Source: an uncultured Bacilli bacterium
GTDB lineage: Bacteria; Bacillota_I; Bacilli_A; RF39; UBA660
Assembly (NCBI GenBank): GCA_934098435.1
Contig: CAKOOV010000004.1
Coordinates: forward strand, 26,096-90,095
Direction: 5' to 3'
DNA: 64,000 nt
In this document: positions 59,910 to 64,000 of the stretch, piece by piece
Layout: the number at the start of each line of letters is the position of its first letter
Numbering within the stretch: position 1 is the first letter of the stretch
Translations under genes and position numbers: made by a program
The notes under the pieces: model-generated
What the model was told of the DNA's origin: nothing
Seen by the model: only the letters and a program-made list of their open reading frames with translations
The model's database searches: none

Positions 59910-61493
59910 TTATGAAGGTTCAACATCAATTTGAGGTTTTTCATCCACATAGAATGGATTACTCGAAGTTCCATTTCCTCCACTTATCGCATCAGATTTT
60001 AGAGAAACTACCGGACGCACCGCGTCACTATAACGGACAATGTCTCTGTTAACACTACCACCATAAAACACATAATCTACATAAGCATTACCGTCCGCGT
60101 ACGCAAATGGTGTCATCGTCCAATACAAACAATCTCTATTTGCAGAATATAAATAGTAACTATCATTTTCAATATATGTATTCGTTGCAAGATCAAATCC
60201 TGCTCCACCTCCCATTACTACTTCATCAGAAGTAATTAAAGCAATTGGATTAGTAAGGGCGCCATTGCCTAAAGTACTACTTGTAGTAAATCTATCATTC
60301 TTATTTTTACATTTTAATGTTGGTGCATGATCAACAAACGTTCTATTATAACCAGCATAAGCTGACTCATTAGTTCCTACTCCATTACCAGTTAATGTCA
60401 TTCCTCCAACATTATTTACTTGTACTACTTCTCTATCATTACAATATATAGCATCAGCGATATACTGACTATAACTACTTAAATTTTTTTGATACCATGT
60501 ATCTATTACTGTTTTAATAGTACTACTATTTGTATTAGCATGCGTAGCATTATATGTAGATGAACCAGTAGTTCCATACATATATCCTACATAGGCATTA
60601 TCATTATAATTATTATTAAAAGAAGACTTACTTATATACTGATTAGCAATAGGAGCATCAGGATTAGAAGTATATATCATTCTAATAGTTCCATCACCAT
60701 TTATTCTTATTATTTGCCACCAATTCTTAGCAAAATATACATAATTATTAGTAACATTACCTCTAAAATAATATGAATTACCCAGATCATCTTCTGCTTT
60801 ATATATACCGTTAGTATTATCTCCTAATCCAGTGGCAATTTGGGTGCCGCCAGGACCATCCGCTTCATATTTAACACCACTATTACCACTTACAGTAGTA
60901 AAATCAGGAGTATGTTCTGTATCTACAGAAAGTCCTAAATTAGTTAAAGTATCTAGTGCTGGATCATTATTAGTAGATGTATATATTGATTGTCCATCTA
61001 TTACTATTTGTGAATTAAATGTTTTTCCTATTTCGGTATTAGGTGTATCTTTACTTAGCCATACTCTTAGGGTTATATTAATACTTTCTTTGGCTTTTAC
61101 TACAACATTACTTTTAATAATACTATTTGTTAATGATGATAATACTACTGGACTACCATTATCTATGTTTAATTTTATATATTGAGAATTTATAGTGTTA
61201 GAACTAGTAGATAATAGTTTTACATCAAACTTATAATCTATATTACCTGTATTTTTAATTGAAAATACATATGGTGTTGTTTCTATTCCTTCTTCATCTG
61301 TCATAGGAAGAGCACTATTTAATGATATTGTATCTGATAATGATGTTGCTTCTATTTGTAATATTCCTGTGCTATAGTTACTTGGATTAGCCGCTACATC
61401 TTCTTTATAGAATAGTGAGTATGTAGTTGTAAATAAGGCTGCTAATACTAATATTATTGATGATACTATTATCATTATTTTCTTTTTATTCAT
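59910..61493 (-). CDS. Secreted protein with a SipW-cognate (TasA/camelysin-type) signal peptide and N-terminal beta-sandwich, plus a large C-terminal domain
   Basis: MNKKKIMIIVSSIILVLAALFTTTYSLFYKED...STGILQIEA parallels the TasA N-terminus (GGGTWAAFND...ASGTLDLSA). It lies downstream of sipW. Confidence 0.75.
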   Translation of the reverse strand: MNKKKIMIIVSSIILVLAALFTTTYSLFYKEDVAANPSNYSTGILQIEATSLSDTISLNSALPMTDEEGIETTPYVFSIKNTGNIDYKFDVKLLSTSSNTINSQYIKLNIDNGSPVVLSSLTNSIIKSNVVVKAKESINITLRVWLSKDTPNTEIGKTFNSQIVIDGQSIYTSTNNDPALDTLTNLGLSVDTEHTPDFTTVSGNSGVKYEADGPGGTQIATGLGDNTNGIYKAEDDLGNSYYFRGNVTNNYVYFAKNWWQIIRINGDGTIRMIYTSNPDAPIANQYISKSSFNNNYNDNAYVGYMYGTTGSSTYNATHANTNSSTIKTVIDTWYQKNLSSYSQYIADAIYCNDREVVQVNNVGGMTLTGNGVGTNESAYAGYNRTFVDHAPTLKCKNKNDRFTTSSTLGNGALTNPIALITSDEVVMGGGAGFDLATNTYIENDSYYLYSANRDCLYWTMTPFAYADGNAYVDYVFYGGSVNRDIVRYSDAVRPVVSLKSDAISGGNGTSSNPFYVDEKPQIDVEPS

Positions 61494-61548
61494 ATACTCA
61501 CCACCTATTATCCTTATTCATTATATCATATTTATTTTTTTATGTCTA

Positions 61549-62898
61549 TTATTCTATATATACTTTTACGGTACCTATAAATGCTGAATTCATATATTCA
61601 TTTGTAATGGTTTTGTAATCTACCCACATACCTATTTTTATATTGGCTTCTCCTGATTTTGGTAATTTTCCTTCATATATTTGATAGGCATTATTAGTTA
61701 ATTTTAGTCCTTTTACTTTATTAGTACCCTTTATATTATTATTTAGTAATGCTATATCTTGTTTTTTATTATTAATTGATACTAAATATTTTATATATTC
61801 GTTTGGTAATCTTTTATTTATATTGTATTTATTATAATTACTTGTTTCTTCTATAAGTATTAAATAATTTACATCTTTTTTATTATTATTTTTTAAGTTT
61901 ATATTCTTAATATCTATTAAATTATCAGTATTTACTTTTTCTGATTTACTATTATCTATTATCTCTAAGATATTGTCATCATAAATAATATGATCACTTT
62001 TTTCTACTATAATACTTTGTTTATCTTGAATTATTTCAGCAAAACCGTTTTCATAGTATATTATTGTTATATTATCATGAATTTTCTTTGTTTCTGTTGA
62101 TTTTATTTGTTTATTGTCCACTAATAAGTAATCATTTTCTTTTATTGTTCCATTTGAATAATATGTTTTATTTGATTCTTTCTTTGTTGGAAGTGAAACG
62201 ATACTTAAATTGGTATAAAACTTATCTACTGATGATGTTATATCGCCATCTCTTACGAAGAAACATACTTCACCCTTTGTTACTTCAAGACTACCATCAG
62301 ATAAGTATAATAGTTTTATTCCTAAATCTTTATTAGTTATCTCTTTAGCGGTTACTTTTCTGGTTTCTACTTTAGCCTCGAATGTTCCATCTTCTTTGAC
62401 GCCATAATTATTATTTACTCTAAATACTCTTAAATATGTTCCATCTTTATATTTTATTAATGCTGTTTTGTCAGAATAGAATATGATTATTCTATCTTTT
62501 AATGTTATTTCTTTTATTTTTATTACTACGCCGGTATTTGCTGTATTTATTTGCCTACTACTATCAAATAATTTAGTAGCGTATTCTTCAGTAATTGGTG
62601 TAGTATTATTTAAATTGCATTCGTCTGATATATCAACTGTTACTACTACATTACTATTATCAGTAGTAGTGTTGGTATTATCTTTATCTGATTTATATGT
62701 TGAACCAAGCATATTTCTAAATACTAATGATGTTGATATTATAAGTGTTGTTATTGATAATAATAATGTTATTATAAATATTAATCGGCCATTAGTCAGT
62801 AGAAATATTATAAATGGAGATTTATAGTTTTTTTCTTCCGCTACTGTGATTTTATTGTCTTTTATTTTTTTTACATAAAATTTATTTTTTTTGGACAT
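61549..62898 (-). CDS. Membrane-anchored protein of the sipW operon
   Basis: TM PFIIFLLTNGRLIFIITLLLSITTLIISTSLVF. The C-terminal segment (IKIGMWVDYKTITNEYMNSAFIGTVKVYIE) resembles the end of camelysin-like sandwiches. Confidence 0.6.
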   Translation of the reverse strand: MSKKNKFYVKKIKDNKITVAEEKNYKSPFIIFLLTNGRLIFIITLLLSITTLIISTSLVFRNMLGSTYKSDKDNTNTTTDNSNVVVTVDISDECNLNNTTPITEEYATKLFDSSRQINTANTGVVIKIKEITLKDRIIIFYSDKTALIKYKDGTYLRVFRVNNNYGVKEDGTFEAKVETRKVTAKEITNKDLGIKLLYLSDGSLEVTKGEVCFFVRDGDITSSVDKFYTNLSIVSLPTKKESNKTYYSNGTIKENDYLLVDNKQIKSTETKKIHDNITIIYYENGFAEIIQDKQSIIVEKSDHIIYDDNILEIIDNSKSEKVNTDNLIDIKNINLKNNNKKDVNYLILIEETSNYNKYNINKRLPNEYIKYLVSINNKKQDIALLNNNIKGTNKVKGLKLTNNAYQIYEGKLPKSGEANIKIGMWVDYKTITNEYMNSAFIGTVKVYIE

Positions 62899-62902
62899 TT
62901 TA

Positions 62903-63574
62903 TCACCTTCTTACTACTGTTACGTCACTCGCTTCTTTTTTCTTTTTTTTACCGATATTTCTTCCTAATTTTACGATATCATAAGATAGTATTGCTAGAC
63001 ATGGTATTAATACTACGATTATTAATCCACCTTTAGTTGCTAATATTTGTTGGATATATCCTATTTTTGGTATTTTAAATATTACTTTTCCTATTACGTT
63101 TTTATCTTCTGCTAAAGTGAAGTCTTCAGTATTATTGGCATCTCCTTTTGTTTGATATGTATATTTTCCGGTAGTTGAATCGTAATACTTATTTTTTATT
63201 CTATGTGTTACTATTATATTTGATAATCTTGGATCAGAAGTTACAAATGTTATTATATCCCCTACTTGTAATTCTTCTGCTGTTTTTTTCTTTGTTATTA
63301 CTACATCATTAGGCATTATTTCTGGTACCATTGATCCTGTTAGTACTACATAAGCATTATATGTAGGTGGAGTATTATCTCCTTTAGCTGCTCTTATTTT
63401 GATATCTGCTATATATACTAGTAGTAATGCTCCTATTAGTAGTAGCCAAATGAATATTGCATATGATATAATACTCGATATCATTTTTAATGGTTTCATT
63501 CTTTGCTTTATGATATGTACTTTATAATGTCTTACTCCAAAGTAATTAGTATTATTATTTGTATTTGTATCCAC
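62903..63574 (-). CDS. sipW: Signal peptidase I, SipW (ER/archaeal, S26B) type
   Basis: LTGSMVPEI (Ser), VTHRI (His), TKGDANN, C-terminal TM. GTG start behind TGAGGTG. Confidence 0.88.
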   Translation of the reverse strand: MDTNTNNNTNYFGVRHYKVHIIKQRMKPLKMISSIISYAIFIWLLLIGALLLVYIADIKIRAAKGDNTPPTYNAYVVLTGSMVPEIMPNDVVITKKKTAEELQVGDIITFVTSDPRLSNIIVTHRIKNKYYDSTTGKYTYQTKGDANNTEDFTLAEDKNVIGKVIFKIPKIGYIQQILATKGGLIIVVLIPCLAILSYDIVKLGRNIGKKKKKEASDVTVVRR

Positions 63575-63651
63575 GTTAAAAACACCTCATTTATTCTAAT
63601 GTAATTATACATTAATTTTATAAATATTACAATGATTTTTATTTAAAAAAT

Positions 63652-63680
63652 TTGACAAATAAATGTATGAATGTTAAAAT
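63652..63680 (+). promoter_or_regulatory. ssrA promoter
   Basis: TTGACA, a 17-nt spacer, then TGtTAAAAT, 11 nt before the GGGG 5' end. Confidence 0.75.
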
Positions 63681-63691
63681 ATTTATGTAAT

Positions 63692-64000
63692 GGGGTCGCT
63701 TTTGGCTTCGACGGAAATACGAGTGTTTAATTAGCAAGACGTGTTTCTCTACGTTAGTGGGATAAATTAAATATAACTGGAAACAGCTATAAAAACGCTG
63801 TTGCTTATGCCTAATCTATAGGTAGCAACAGGTTCTCCTAATTCTTTGTCTGTGAGAATTAACGAGGACTTATAAAGCAGACTATATTATAATGTTTGTT
63901 TAGGCATTATGATGAATAACTATAAACTAGCGAGTAATTATGATGGTGGATTGTCTATTTACTTTGCGAATTTGATAATCCAATAATCTTGTAGAAGGTT
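63692..64000 (+). ncRNA. ssrA: tmRNA (SsrA), 3' end truncated by the window
   Basis: 5' GGGGTCGCTTTTGGCTTCGACGG tRNA-like end. Internal tag reading frame GGA AAC AGC TAT AAA AAC GCT GTT GCT TAT GCC TAA (63779-63814). Confidence 0.9.

Overview
Very AT-rich chromosomal segment of a spore-forming low-GC Firmicute. It carries spo0A, a SleB/CwlJ-type hydrolase, a Ctp protease and yutH/yutI/yutD-like genes. The genetic code is standard, with TGA used as a stop. About 60 protein genes are present, nearly all on the minus strand and mostly housekeeping: lon, pgk, tpiA, alaS, rnj, whiA, yvcK, dCMP deaminase, U32 peptidase. There are two tRNA islands with 8 tRNAs, and a tmRNA gene is cut by the right edge. 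I saw no transposase, integrase, CRISPR array or prophage genes.

Findings, most notable first:
1. A tightly coupled operon of at least nine genes (6794 down to 1) encodes an F1-like ATPase. Alpha and beta look catalytically intact and gamma- and epsilon-like genes are present. The gene order is non-canonical and no a-subunit is visible. The c-subunit-like protein lacks the ion-binding carboxylate. Extra membrane and helical proteins are included.
2. Tandem hairpin pairs occur at four intergenic loci. Stems vary with compensatory changes, while the apex G-ACYNTRGG-C is conserved. All are in one orientation.
3. A sipW-type signal peptidase operon includes a TasA-like cognate substrate.
4. Three consecutive N-terminally anchored beta-rich surface proteins include one of 1865 aa.
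5. A hybrid sensor kinase has Gly in place of the phospho-accepting His.
6. A roughly 350-nt structured leader with a terminator lies upstream of the U32 peptidase.
7. The tmRNA tag ends in AYA.

Several ORF-track starts were moved to downstream ATG/TTG/GTG codons that have clear ribosome-binding sites.
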